A model generated the notes under the pieces. That model saw only the letters and a list, made by a program, of their open reading frames with translations, searched no databases and was not told where the DNA came from. Shown in pieces: positions 35,516-45,712 of a stretch of DNA of 64,000 bases; within the stretch, counting starts at the first letter, position 1; each line of letters begins with the position of its first letter. Source of the stretch: Patescibacteria group bacterium (GTDB lineage: Bacteria > Patescibacteriota > Patescibacteriia > UBA9934); NCBI GenBank assembly GCA_041659765.1, contig JBAZXR010000001.1:723338-787337 (forward strand), written 5' to 3'. The translations under genes and the position numbers were made by a program.

Positions 35516-38380
35516 CTAGAACCCAACCGACAAATCCTGCTCTGCCACGCGGAAACTTGCGACGTTTGCCAGGCCTTCTTTTTTCCCGAATTCTACTTTG
35601 CTCGAAAGGGTATCGTTCTTCATGTCCTCGCCGAATTCTTCGTACATCTTCATCACTTCGGCGGAATCAGACCAAATAAACAGATGAATACGGTCGGCAA
35701 TAGTCATGCCGGCGTCTTTGCGAAGGCCATTAACTTTTCGAGTCACCTCGCGGGCGATTCCCTCGCGGACTAACTCGGGTGTGAGCTTGAGATCGACCTC
35801 AACTTTAAGATCGCCCTTTTTGACAGAGGCTTTTTTGATGTTTGTTTCGTCGAGGATTACGGCTTGAAGGTCTTTACTGATCTTACCGGTCGGCGTAGTG
35901 ATTTCGGCTGAACCGAGAGCCTGTTTCACGGCCATTCCAGATTCGACACGGACTTCCATGATGCGGGAAACAATCGCCCGCACCTCCCCCATCTGTTCAA
36001 TGGACTTCGCACTCACCTTTTCAGCCTTTGGCCACATTTCAAGGTGAACAGAATCCTTTTTGCCGAGTTCCTGCCAAATCATTTCAGCCAAGAATGGCAT
36101 GAAGGGAGCCGTCATCTTCGAGAATACTTCGAGAACATGTCGCAACGTGGCCAAAGCCTCGGCGCGGTCGTCACCATCCACTTTGACTCGGTCGCGAGAA
36201 CGGCGGACGTACCACTGAGAAAGGTCTGTCACGAATGACTGGAGAACGCGGGCGGCTTCAGAAAGCTCGTAGGCTTCCATCGAGGCAGTTTCAACGGCGA
36301 GTGTCTCGTTCAAGCGAGCAAGAATCCAAGCGTCGAGGACATGTTTACCATTCGGGGCGCGACCGTCATCGTGCTCAGCGTAAAGCTTATAAAAGCTGAC
36401 GCAGTTCTTCATGATCGTAATGAACTTCTTGCTTACTTCATCCACGCCAGCCTCGCTAAAGCGAAGATTCTCGGCGCGGACAACAGGGGTAGACATCAAA
36501 TAGTAACGGACAGCATCAGCGCCGTACTTTTCCATGACTTCCATGGGGTCCGGGTAGTTACTGAGGCGCTTGCTCATCTTCTTGCCGTCTTCTGCGAGCA
36601 CGATGCCGTTCACAATGACGTTTTCAAAAGCTGGCTTCTGGAAAAGGGCGTTCGCCAGCACGTGAAGCGTGTAGAACCAACCGCGTGTCTGGTCCTGACC
36701 CTCGGCAATGAACTGGGCAGGAAACTTGGCGTCGAATGACTCCTTGTTTTCGAATGGATAGTGAAGCTGTGCGTACGGCATTGAGCCAGATTCGAACCAG
36801 CAGTCGAGCACTTCTGGAATTCGGCGGAACTCCTTGCCGTCGCGTTCAATGACCAAAGAATCAACCACATGTTTGTGGAGGTTATCTACCTTGTGGCCGA
36901 CGAACTTTTCGAGCTCTTCAGCTGAACCAATGACGATCACTTCGCCGTCTTCACTCTTCCAAACCGGCAACGGCGTGCCCCAATAACGGGAACGTGAAAT
37001 GGCCCAATCACGCGCGCCCTCTAGCCACTTTCCAAAACGGCCTTCTTTCATGTTATCCGGCACCCAATTAATCTTTTGGTTGTTCTTCAAGAGCTCGTCG
37101 TTCATTTCTGAAACACGAACAAACCATGAACTCGTGGCGTAGTTCAAAAGCGGAGTGTCACAGCGCCAGCAGTGCGGGTAGCTGTGAACTATTTTCTCTT
37201 TGCCGAATAGTTTTCCGTGATGCGCGAGCCATTTGATGACTTGGATGTCGATGACCGAGTACTCCCCCTTTGCCTTCATCGGGATCCCTTCGACGGGATA
37301 GCCTTCTTCCGTCATCGGCTTGGCTACCTCGTCTACAAACTGGCCGTTCATCTTCACGTGCATGAGCGGTTTTACCTTTTCAGCCTCGCCCAACATCATG
37401 TCGTCGCTGCCAAAGCCGGGAGCGATGTGAACGGTTCCTGTTCCGTCAGTATCAGTCACGAAATCGCCAGAAACAATCCGGAAAGCGTTTCCGTGAGTAG
37501 CGAAGTACGGGAAAATGGGGCTGTACGTAGACTCCGTAAGGACGTTCCCGGCGAAAGTCTCGAGAACCTTCGGCTCCTTGCCCTTGAAAACGTGGCCGAG
37601 CCTACTCGTCGCGCAAATATAGCGTTCGCCGGATTCTTCGACGAGCGAATATTCCATGTCCGCGCCGACCGCAAGGAGAACGTTACCAGGCAAAGTCCAC
37701 GGAGTAGTCGTCCAAACAAGAATCTTCGCGCCTTTGTACTTCCCGCTCGTGATTTCAACAGCAACGGTCACCGAAATATCGGTTACGTCTAGGTAGCCCT
37801 GAGCGACTTCAAAGTTCGACAAAGAAGTCTCGCAGCGCGGACAGATTTGCATGGCTTTTCTACCCTCGTAGATGTAACCCTTCTCCCAAAGTGTAGAAAA
37901 TACCCACCAAATAGACTCCATGAATGGACGGTCCATGGTGCGGTACGCGTTGTCCATGTCTACCCAGCGGCCAAGACGGTTAATGACCTTTTTCCAGTCC
38001 TCGGCGTACTGTAATACGGTCGATTCACATTGATCGTTAAATGCGCCCACGCCGTAGTGCTCAATATCTTTACGGCTCTTCAAATCAAACTTTTTCTCAA
38101 CAATGTTTTCAATCGGCAAGCCGTGACAATCCCAACCCCAACGGCGGTCAACACGGTAGCCGCGCATGGTCCAAAAACGAGGCACTGCGTCCTTCATGAC
38201 GGAGGCGACAATGTGGCCGTAATGTGGCAAACCAGTTGCAAACGGCGGGCCGTCGTAGAAGGTGTAGGGCTTTGCTTCCGGGCGTTCGCTGACCGAGCGC
38301 TCGAAAACTTTATTCTTTTCCCAGTACTTGAGGATATCCAGTTCTTGGGTGGAATGAGCGGATTTTTTGTCGTCGGACAT
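35516..38380 (-). CDS. ileS: Isoleucyl-tRNA synthetase (IleRS2 type)
   Basis: DGPPFATGLPHYGH, WDCHGLP, WTTTPWTLP, KMSKR; C-terminal LTPEL..EG.ARE without Zn finger. Confidence 0.96.
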   Translation of the reverse strand: MSDDKKSAHSTQELDILKYWEKNKVFERSVSERPEAKPYTFYDGPPFATGLPHYGHIVASVMKDAVPRFWTMRGYRVDRRWGWDCHGLPIENIVEKKFDLKSRKDIEHYGVGAFNDQCESTVLQYAEDWKKVINRLGRWVDMDNAYRTMDRPFMESIWWVFSTLWEKGYIYEGRKAMQICPRCETSLSNFEVAQGYLDVTDISVTVAVEITSGKYKGAKILVWTTTPWTLPGNVLLAVGADMEYSLVEESGERYICATSRLGHVFKGKEPKVLETFAGNVLTESTYSPIFPYFATHGNAFRIVSGDFVTDTDGTGTVHIAPGFGSDDMMLGEAEKVKPLMHVKMNGQFVDEVAKPMTEEGYPVEGIPMKAKGEYSVIDIQVIKWLAHHGKLFGKEKIVHSYPHCWRCDTPLLNYATSSWFVRVSEMNDELLKNNQKINWVPDNMKEGRFGKWLEGARDWAISRSRYWGTPLPVWKSEDGEVIVIGSAEELEKFVGHKVDNLHKHVVDSLVIERDGKEFRRIPEVLDCWFESGSMPYAQLHYPFENKESFDAKFPAQFIAEGQDQTRGWFYTLHVLANALFQKPAFENVIVNGIVLAEDGKKMSKRLSNYPDPMEVMEKYGADAVRYYLMSTPVVRAENLRFSEAGVDEVSKKFITIMKNCVSFYKLYAEHDDGRAPNGKHVLDAWILARLNETLAVETASMEAYELSEAARVLQSFVTDLSQWYVRRSRDRVKVDGDDRAEALATLRHVLEVFSKMTAPFMPFLAEMIWQELGKKDSVHLEMWPKAEKVSAKSIEQMGEVRAIVSRIMEVRVESGMAVKQALGSAEITTPTGKISKDLQAVILDETNIKKASVKKGDLKVEVDLKLTPELVREGIAREVTRKVNGLRKDAGMTIADRIHLFIWSDSAEVMKMYEEFGEDMKNDTLSSKVEFGKKEGLANVASFRVAEQDLSVGF

Positions 38381-38450
38381 AGAGGTTTGATACGTGAAAG
38401 TCTAAAGGGAAAAGCCTAAAATCGCAAGTTAAGAAAAAGAAGAAGGGGCC

Positions 38451-38771
38451 TCATGGCGAAGCCCCTTGACGAAAGGTCTGACGGAAACGGCAAGCATGCG
38501 GGATGACGCGTTCACCCGGCAAACGACGAGTGTGCCACTTGCCGTCAATTATTGGCTCATGATGCAAGACGGCGAATTCGAGGAAGTGTAGTGAGAGCGG
38601 CCGATAGCCGAGCGCGGCGTACCGGATCTCCCAAAAACACCATTCGTAGATCATCCTCTCCGTGAGTTCAGGAGTTCCCTGAACACGTGCATGGGCCACC
38701 ATAGCTGCCTTCCAGGAATAGAGGTAGCAAACCTCTTTCTTTGGCAAACAGCCCAAGTAGACAGCGATCAT
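38451..38771 (-). CDS. Orphan protein
   Basis: Follows the 44-aa ORF by 2 bp; terminator-like hairpin with T-tract at ~38430-38467. Confidence 0.5.
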   Translation of the reverse strand: MIAVYLGCLPKKEVCYLYSWKAAMVAHARVQGTPELTERMIYEWCFWEIRYAALGYRPLSLHFLEFAVLHHEPIIDGKWHTRRLPGERVIPHACRFRQTFRQGASP

Positions 38772-38773
38772 CG

Positions 38774-38908
38774 CTAGGACGGAGAGGAATCTATCCACCA
38801 GACCTCCCGGCCAATCGCTCGGCACATCCAGGTTGCAATGCGGTTGTGAGTCACGTGCCAGGACATGCGATTAAGCGCGTGAAGCGTGATGCCAAGCGGG
38901 AAAATCAT
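38774..38908 (-). CDS. 44-aa orphan ORF (below ORF-track cutoff)
   Basis: GGAGGTG SD; promoter TTGCCT-N17-TAACCT upstream. Confidence 0.5.
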   Translation of the reverse strand: MIFPLGITLHALNRMSWHVTHNRIATWMCRAIGREVWWIDSSPS

Positions 38909-38958
38909 GGACACCTCCAGCGCAGGAGGTTAGCACTTCTGTATACTTAAGGCAACCT

Positions 38959-39408
38959 ATGGAGAAAACTGTCTATTTAGGAGCTGATCACGCGGGTTTT
39001 GCCCGAAAGGCCAGTGTGTTCGAGTATCTGAAGAACGAAGGACACATTGTTGAAGACCTCGGCGCCCACAAAAACGATCCAACTGACGATTATCCGGAAT
39101 ATGCGGCCAGGGTTGCGCAGGCCGTTCGCGAGCATCCCGGGTCGCTCGGCGTCCTCTCCTGCGGAAATGCAGAAGGCATTTGTATTGCGGCAAACAAATT
39201 CCAAGGAATCCGCGCCGGAGTGGGTTACTCGATCAAAGCTGCGGAAACCATGAGAACCGATGACGACGCGAACATCATCTGCGTTCCCGGACGACTCGAC
39301 GTGAACGACGATCCGCTCGAAATCGTTCACGCCTTCCTCTCGACGGACTTCTCGGGAGCAGAAAGACATAAGAGAAGAATCGAGGAAGTAGCAAAACTCG
39401 AAAAATAA
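38959..39408 (+). CDS. rpiB: Ribose-5-phosphate isomerase B
   Basis: GADHAGF, DDYP, CGNAEG..IAANK..GIRA, RH.RRI. Confidence 0.93.
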   Translation: MEKTVYLGADHAGFARKASVFEYLKNEGHIVEDLGAHKNDPTDDYPEYAARVAQAVREHPGSLGVLSCGNAEGICIAANKFQGIRAGVGYSIKAAETMRTDDDANIICVPGRLDVNDDPLEIVHAFLSTDFSGAERHKRRIEEVAKLEK

Positions 39409-39410
39409 CT

Positions 39411-40067
39411 ATGGAAATCACCCCTGCCGTGCTAGCCACTGACGAACGCGATTGTCATGACAAACTCTTTCATCCAGGTCTTCGACGAGTCGCCAAACGA
39501 TTCCACATCGACGTCCTAGACAACACGCTCGTACCGGGAACCTGTTGGGCTGATCCAAAAATTATTGGGTCATGGCCGAATCTGCCGGAAATTGAACTTC
39601 ACCTAATGGTTACCCACCCTTCTAGGCACGCTACTTTTTGGAAAACTAAAGTTCCTACCCTCAAAAACGTCATCATTCACGCAGAATCTATTAGTGATCC
39701 AGCTAGAACCTGCGAGAAAATGAATTTCATGGGTATGTCCGTAACCATTGCAGTTAATCCAGAAACCCAAGTTGAAACATTTGATAATATGAGAAGCTGC
39801 GCCGATGAGTTATTAATCATGGGTGTCCACCCCGGAGCATCTGGCCAAGAATTCCTGGAAGAAATTGTCCTCTCAAAAATCAAACGAGCTCGGGCACTCT
39901 TTCCTGACCTATCGATCGCGGTCGACGGCGGGGTGAACACTAAGAGTATTAGAGCTATCACTGAAGCAGGAGCCAGCCGAGCGATTGCGGCCTCAGCTTT
40001 GTGGGAATCCCACTCGCCGGAAGATGCACTTGAAGAGCTAGGCCACTGTGCTATTATGAATCCATAA
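39411..40067 (+). CDS. rpe: Ribulose-phosphate 3-epimerase
   Basis: HIDVLD, ELHLMV, MGVHPG.SGQ.F, VDGGVN. Confidence 0.9.
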   Translation: MEITPAVLATDERDCHDKLFHPGLRRVAKRFHIDVLDNTLVPGTCWADPKIIGSWPNLPEIELHLMVTHPSRHATFWKTKVPTLKNVIIHAESISDPARTCEKMNFMGMSVTIAVNPETQVETFDNMRSCADELLIMGVHPGASGQEFLEEIVLSKIKRARALFPDLSIAVDGGVNTKSIRAITEAGASRAIAASALWESHSPEDALEELGHCAIMNP

Positions 40068-40088
40068 CCCTTATATTTTCTTTTGGGT

Positions 40089-40880
40089 ATGAAATTTACT
40101 CGAACCTTATTGGCAGCTGCGGTTATTGGCGCTTTTGGCGCTACGTCCTTTGGCCTGTCCCGCCAGCACGCTTTTGCGGTCAGCGTCTCCTCTGGAGATT
40201 TGATCCGCGGCCAAACATACGCGGCCGTGTACTATTTGGGCGCCGACGGTTTCCGCTATGTCTTCCCTAACTTCAAAACCTACAGCACTTGGTACGCCAA
40301 CTTTGATACCGTGAAGTACATTTCAGATGCTGAACTGGCTAAAATCCAGATTGGCGGCAATGTCACATATCGCCCAGGTGTAAAGATGGTCAAAATTGAC
40401 TCTGACCCAAGCGTGTATGCAGTTGATGCCGGCGGTACTCTCCGCCATGTAAACGGCGAAGCGGTAGCCTCGTCCCTGTATGGCGGCACTTGGAACAAAC
40501 AGATTGATGATATTCCAGACGGCTTCTTCGGCAACTACAAGAAAGGTGCTGATGTAAACGGTCTTTCAGATTTCACGCCTTCAGCTGTGACCACCGCTGC
40601 CGTCAGCATTAACGGAGATAAGCATCTCCAAGCACCTTCCACCATAAATCTAACGGATGCCGGTGTTTCGCCAATTGATGTTCACATCACGGTCGGCCAG
40701 AGCGTTCGTTTCACAAACACGGGTAGTACCAAGCACACCGCTACCGGAGATGACCTCACCTGGGGTACCGGTACCTTGAACGCCGGCGAAAGCTTCATCC
40801 AAACTTTTAAGAAGGCCGGAACGTTCACCTTCTTTGATAGTTACAATTCCCAGAACACTGGCGCGGTATACGTACAGTAA
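40089..40880 (+). CDS. Secreted protein with C-terminal cupredoxin-like domain
   Basis: Signal peptide; V.FTN....HT, G..F..TF.KAGTF.F. Confidence 0.7.
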   Translation: MKFTRTLLAAAVIGAFGATSFGLSRQHAFAVSVSSGDLIRGQTYAAVYYLGADGFRYVFPNFKTYSTWYANFDTVKYISDAELAKIQIGGNVTYRPGVKMVKIDSDPSVYAVDAGGTLRHVNGEAVASSLYGGTWNKQIDDIPDGFFGNYKKGADVNGLSDFTPSAVTTAAVSINGDKHLQAPSTINLTDAGVSPIDVHITVGQSVRFTNTGSTKHTATGDDLTWGTGTLNAGESFIQTFKKAGTFTFFDSYNSQNTGAVYVQ

Positions 40881-40964
40881 GAGAAAAGGTGATAGGTGGT
40901 AGGTGGTAGGTTCAAAAGATCGGGGCACAGGCTCCGGTCTTTTGTTATATACTACGAACAACTT

Positions 40965-41849
40965 ATGCCAATCGTTCGACAAACAACAGTGCCACTGACA
41001 GATAATAAACTCCGCGAGCTTGAGCTCTTAGCGAACACCATCCGAGAAGATCTCCTAAAGATGCTGACCACAGCCGGGAGCGGACACTCGGCTGGACCGC
41101 TTGGCATGGCGGATATTTTTACGGCGCTGTACTTCCATGTCCTGCATCACAATCCGAAACTTCCGAACTGGGAGGATCGTGATAGATTGTTCCTGAGTAA
41201 CGGCCACATCGTTCCTATTCGCTACGCCACGATGGCTCATGCGGGATACTTCCCCAAGGCGGAGTTAGCAACGCTCAGAAAATTTGGCTCACGTCTTCAG
41301 GGGCATCCTGAGGTTCGTTTCTTGCCTGGTCTGGAAAATACATCTGGTCCGCTCGGCGATGGGTCTCCCCAATCGGCCGGTGCCGCCTACATTGCCAAGC
41401 TAGAAAACCGCCCCTGGCACACCTTCTGTATCATGAGCGATGGCGAGCTAGCCGCTGGAATTACCTGGGAAGCGGCCTTATTCGCAGGAAAAAACAAACT
41501 ACATAATCTTACCTGGATCATCGACAGAAACAACATCCAGATCGATGGCTATACTGAAGACATCATGCCGCTCGAGCGTCTGCGCGATAAGTTCGAAGCC
41601 TTCAATTTCACGGTCATAGAAATCGATGGACACAACATTAAAGAGTTCGTTGAAGCGACTGATCGAGCCAAAGCCACCTGGGAAACACCAACGGTAATCA
41701 TCGCTCACACCATCCCAGGCAAAGGCGTCAGCTACATGGAGTTTGAACCAAGCTGGCACGGTAAGACGCCCAAAGCTGGCGATGAACTAAAAAGCGCCCT
41801 GAAAGAATTACGAACCTTGGGCGGTACTATCAGGTCTGAGATGGAATAA
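40965..41849 (+). CDS. Transketolase, N-terminal (TPP-binding) subunit
   Basis: SGH, DRLFLSNGH, LQGHP, SDGE...G..WEA, WHGK. Confidence 0.93.
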   Translation: MPIVRQTTVPLTDNKLRELELLANTIREDLLKMLTTAGSGHSAGPLGMADIFTALYFHVLHHNPKLPNWEDRDRLFLSNGHIVPIRYATMAHAGYFPKAELATLRKFGSRLQGHPEVRFLPGLENTSGPLGDGSPQSAGAAYIAKLENRPWHTFCIMSDGELAAGITWEAALFAGKNKLHNLTWIIDRNNIQIDGYTEDIMPLERLRDKFEAFNFTVIEIDGHNIKEFVEATDRAKATWETPTVIIAHTIPGKGVSYMEFEPSWHGKTPKAGDELKSALKELRTLGGTIRSEME

Positions 41850-41872
41850 CCTAAACCTAAAATACGCAACAT

Positions 41873-42859
41873 ATGGCCATCAAAAACACATCATCAGTAG
41901 GGTTCTGGTCGGTGATCATCGGCGGAGTGCTTCTCATAATTCTGTTGGGCAGTTTTTCTTGGTTCCAGACACGCGGACACATGTTTGGCGGAAATACTCT
42001 GCTCCTTCCGGGTACCACTCGCACTATGATGGGCGGCGTGACCGTTGGCTCTAGCGGCCAAGCGGTGTCTATTGGGGCACCCATGATGGACGCCTACTAC
42101 GGCACAAAATCCGCCAGCGAATCAGCCTTCATCTCGCCCATGCCGCCTGTGTATTACAACGGCGGTGACACGGCCGCTACCGCCACGCCGCGGATTATAA
42201 AAAATGCCTCACTGACGCTTGAGGTGAAGTCATCACGTGAAAGCGCCACCATGGTTGCGAATATAGCCAAGCTAAATGATGGCTTTGTCGAATCATCAAA
42301 CGTGGTCGAGAACCAAGACGGTACGGTCTCCGCCTACGTCACTATCCGAGTTCCGGAAAACAAATTCGACGACACTATTTCTTCGCTCACTGGCCTGGCT
42401 CTCCGCGTGACCACGCAAACGGTCAATGGCCAGGATGTTACCGAACAATATACAGACCTGGAAGCCCGCCTCAAATCAGCCAAAGCGGTTGAGGAACAGT
42501 ATTTAGAAATCCTGAAGAAAGCTACAAAGATTGAAGATATTCTCTCTGTTACCGAACGCTTAAACCAGATCCGATACGAAATTGATTCAGTAGCCGGACA
42601 AATTAAATACCTCGGCAACCAAACCACTTATTCAACTATCTCGGTTAATCTCACCGAACAAGCAAATCTTAACATTCCAGCCGGAAAATTTGATCTTGGC
42701 CGTGACTTCAAGCAAGCCGGGCAAGCAGTCATTCTGCTAGCCGAGGCCTTCCTAACCTTTGCCATCTGGTTCGTGATTATCGGTGGCGCGCTCGCTATTC
42801 CTTCGGCGGTTATTATCTTCCTGGCGTACAAGCTGATCAAAAAATTGATCCGATCGTGA
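41873..42859 (+). CDS. DUF4349 domain protein
   Basis: IIKNASLTLEV, IRVP, DVTEQYTD, YSTI.V. Confidence 0.85.
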   Translation: MAIKNTSSVGFWSVIIGGVLLIILLGSFSWFQTRGHMFGGNTLLLPGTTRTMMGGVTVGSSGQAVSIGAPMMDAYYGTKSASESAFISPMPPVYYNGGDTAATATPRIIKNASLTLEVKSSRESATMVANIAKLNDGFVESSNVVENQDGTVSAYVTIRVPENKFDDTISSLTGLALRVTTQTVNGQDVTEQYTDLEARLKSAKAVEEQYLEILKKATKIEDILSVTERLNQIRYEIDSVAGQIKYLGNQTTYSTISVNLTEQANLNIPAGKFDLGRDFKQAGQAVILLAEAFLTFAIWFVIIGGALAIPSAVIIFLAYKLIKKLIRS

Positions 42860-42860
42860 T

Positions 42861-43871
42861 ATGGCAATCGCCAAATCAGCCAACCTGACCAAAAAGTTAT
42901 TCGACACTGACATCCAGCAAGCCCCCACGCGTGATGGGTTCGGAGAAGGTTTGGTAATAGCTGGCAAAGCAAGTCCGGATGTCATGGTGCTCTGCGCTGA
43001 TTTAACCGAGTCAACCCGAGCTCAATCTTTCAAATTAGCCTTCCCAGACAGATTTGTACAAATGGGGGTTAGCGAGCAATCCCTCGCCGCCATCGCCGCC
43101 GGCATGGCACTCGCCGGCAAGATTCCATTCATCTGTAGCTATGCCTGTTTCTCTCCGGGCCGCAATTGGGAGCAGGTGCGTACCACCATTTGCCTTCAGG
43201 AAACAAATGTAAAAATCGCCGGCGCACACGCGGGCGTATCAGTTGGCCCTGATGGAGCAACACACCAAATGGTTGAGGATATTGCCATCATGCGCGTCCT
43301 ACCGAACATGACCGTGCTCGTCCCATGCGATGCGCTTGAAACACGCAAAGCAATTGTGGCCGCAGCCGAACACGAAGGACCGGTCTATATCCGCTTTGCT
43401 CGTGAAAAAACACCGGTGTTCACCACCGAAAAAACTCCTTTCAAGATTGGAAAGGCAGAGGTTTACCGAACCGGCAAGGACGTTGCCATTCTGGCCTGCG
43501 GTCCCCTATTGTATGAAGCTCTCCTGGCCGCAAAAGAACTTGAGACCAGAGGAATCGAAGCTCGGGTCATCAACCTGGTCAGCATCAAACCAATGGACGA
43601 AGCGACAGTCATCGCCGCGGCTCGGGAATGCGGCGCCGTAGTCACCGTTGAAGAGGCTCAAGCCGCCGGCGGCCTTGGCGGGGCGGTCTGCGAGCTCCTC
43701 GCAAAGACTGTCCCTGTCCCCGTTGAACGCGTGGGCATGGAAGACACCTTCGGCCAGTCCGGGGAACCGCGAGAATTGCTCGAACATTACAAACTGACTG
43801 CACCCTGGATTGCCAAGGCTGTGCATCGAGTGATGAAGTTGAAAAAACATTCCATCTCTTCCAAAAAATAA
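42861..43871 (+). CDS. Transketolase, C-terminal subunit
   Basis: ADLTEST, GVSEQ, GPDGATHQ, GPVYIRF, VTVEE. Confidence 0.93.
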   Translation: MAIAKSANLTKKLFDTDIQQAPTRDGFGEGLVIAGKASPDVMVLCADLTESTRAQSFKLAFPDRFVQMGVSEQSLAAIAAGMALAGKIPFICSYACFSPGRNWEQVRTTICLQETNVKIAGAHAGVSVGPDGATHQMVEDIAIMRVLPNMTVLVPCDALETRKAIVAAAEHEGPVYIRFAREKTPVFTTEKTPFKIGKAEVYRTGKDVAILACGPLLYEALLAAKELETRGIEARVINLVSIKPMDEATVIAAARECGAVVTVEEAQAAGGLGGAVCELLAKTVPVPVERVGMEDTFGQSGEPRELLEHYKLTAPWIAKAVHRVMKLKKHSISSKK

Positions 43872-43937
43872 AATACAGCTCGGAGAAAAATTTGGGAGGT
43901 AACCCGACCCAATTTTCGAAGAGCTGTATTTTATTTC

Positions 43938-44408
43938 CTACAATTTGGCTACCCAAACCGGCGTGTTCAGGTACCAAGCTCCGTCCGTACCAAGCAAATA
44001 GTCAGCAAATAACTCACCCTCATAACTATATAAAGTAACCTTCTTCTTATCTGCCGAGGTCACTGTCTTCGACCAATCAATACTCGGCACGTTCATGATG
44101 TAATCGCTCATCTGCTTGCAGGCGTCCGCGGTAAACGAAGGTTGAAGCGCTGGCATCAGATAGAGTTTGGCTTCGTCGCAGTTTTTGTTGTCTGCAATGG
44201 CGAGCACAAAACCGGCCCATACTCCCTGCACCGAAATATCTGGGTTATCACCAGGATAGGCTGGTTGAGGGCCTAGTTTGGCCGGAATTTGGGCCACCGG
44301 CACGTAGGGCGAGCCGTCGCTATTTCGCGTTAAATCACCGCTGTCCGAGCCGGAACAACCAGCGCCCAATAACAGAACTGCCGACAAACCAAGGAGAAGC
44401 TTCTTCAT
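43938..44408 (-). CDS. Lipoprotein
   Basis: MKKLLLG...LLGAGC lipobox. Confidence 0.75.
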   Translation of the reverse strand: MKKLLLGLSAVLLLGAGCSGSDSGDLTRNSDGSPYVPVAQIPAKLGPQPAYPGDNPDISVQGVWAGFVLAIADNKNCDEAKLYLMPALQPSFTADACKQMSDYIMNVPSIDWSKTVTSADKKKVTLYSYEGELFADYLLGTDGAWYLNTPVWVAKL

Positions 44409-44448
44409 ATGGGCAAATTGTACACTACGTGCTACGATCGGCGTTAAT

Positions 44449-45168
44449 ATGCCCGTCAGACTAAATAAGTTCATGGTTGAACAAGGTGTTTGCTCGCGTC
44501 GAGAAGCTGACCGGCTAATCGAGGCTGGGAAAATCACCATTGATGGCAGAAAGGCGGTCATGGGCGAAAAGGTGGAGGGCACCGAAGAAATTGTCGTTGA
44601 CGGCAAGAAAGTAGACACCTCGCCCAAAGAAAAGGTGTACCTAGCCTATAACAAACCGGTCGGTATTATTTGTACGGCTGACCCGGAAGCACAGGATAAT
44701 ATTGTCGAAGCCGTCCATTACCCGGAACGAATTTTCCATATCGGTCGACTCGACGTAGCCTCTTCTGGCCTTATTTTATTGACCAATGACGGCTCGATCG
44801 TCAATAAAATTCTTCGCGCAGAAGGTGAACACGAAAAAGAATACATCGTGACGGTAGACAAAAAAATAACCCCCGATTTCATCCAAAAGATGAAAAAGGG
44901 CGTCCAGCTTGAGGATGGCCGCACACTCCCAGCAAAACTTGATGAACGAACCGAAAATACTTTCGCCATTACTATCGTCGAAGGCAGAAACCGACAAATT
45001 CGCCGTATGTGCGAAGCGCTCGGCTATCAAGTCATTGGCTTAACCCGTGTGCGCATCATGCACATCAAACTAGGCGATCTTCAGGTTGGCGAATGGAGAC
45101 ATCTGACCCGCGAAGAAGAAACGATCCTCTGGAAAGGGCTTGAGGAGATTGGCCAAGACCAGAAGTAG
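44449..45168 (+). CDS. RsuA/RluB/RluF-family pseudouridine synthase
   Basis: S4 domain, GRLDVASSG, EKEY.V, EGRNRQIRRM. Confidence 0.93.
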   Translation: MPVRLNKFMVEQGVCSRREADRLIEAGKITIDGRKAVMGEKVEGTEEIVVDGKKVDTSPKEKVYLAYNKPVGIICTADPEAQDNIVEAVHYPERIFHIGRLDVASSGLILLTNDGSIVNKILRAEGEHEKEYIVTVDKKITPDFIQKMKKGVQLEDGRTLPAKLDERTENTFAITIVEGRNRQIRRMCEALGYQVIGLTRVRIMHIKLGDLQVGEWRHLTREEETILWKGLEEIGQDQK

Positions 45169-45169
45169 T

Positions 45170-45706
45170 ATGTGGCTCCTGCAAATAATAGTGCTCGCTA
45201 TTGTTATCTCCGCGGCTATTGCTGGCGTTTCTGCAGCCCCTTGGTTGCCGACAAAGCCGAGAGATCGGGCCCATTTGCTTAACCACCTCAAGCTCACACC
45301 AGGACAAAAAGTAGTGGACCTCGGCTGCGGGGATGGTTCCATGCTCTTCGCAGTAGCTAGAAAGTTCCCGGAAGTCGTGTGCGTTGGCTATGACATTTCC
45401 TTGCTCCCCCTCTTCTTTGGCTGGGCACGTAAACTTCTCTATTTTAAGAAATACCGCCACGTGCATATTCGTTTTGGTAATCTTTTCAAGCAATCCGTGG
45501 AAGATGCAGACCTGGTATTTATCTTCTTACTGTCTAAGAGCTATCCAAAACTGGTCGAGCTTCTCAAACGTGACATAAAAGATGAGGCCCAAGTAGTTGT
45601 CGAAGCTTGGCCATTTCCTAACACCACGCCCCTTAAAACTCTCAAAGAAGACAAACTGTTATCCATTTTTCTCTATACCGGGAAGTCCCTGCGTCATGTA
45701 GAATAG
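45170..45706 (+). CDS. Class I SAM-dependent methyltransferase with N-terminal TM
   Basis: APWLPT, VDLGCGDG. Confidence 0.85.
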   Translation: MWLLQIIVLAIVISAAIAGVSAAPWLPTKPRDRAHLLNHLKLTPGQKVVDLGCGDGSMLFAVARKFPEVVCVGYDISLLPLFFGWARKLLYFKKYRHVHIRFGNLFKQSVEDADLVFIFLLSKSYPKLVELLKRDIKDEAQVVVEAWPFPNTTPLKTLKEDKLLSIFLYTGKSLRHVE

Positions 45707-45712
45707 GGGTAT

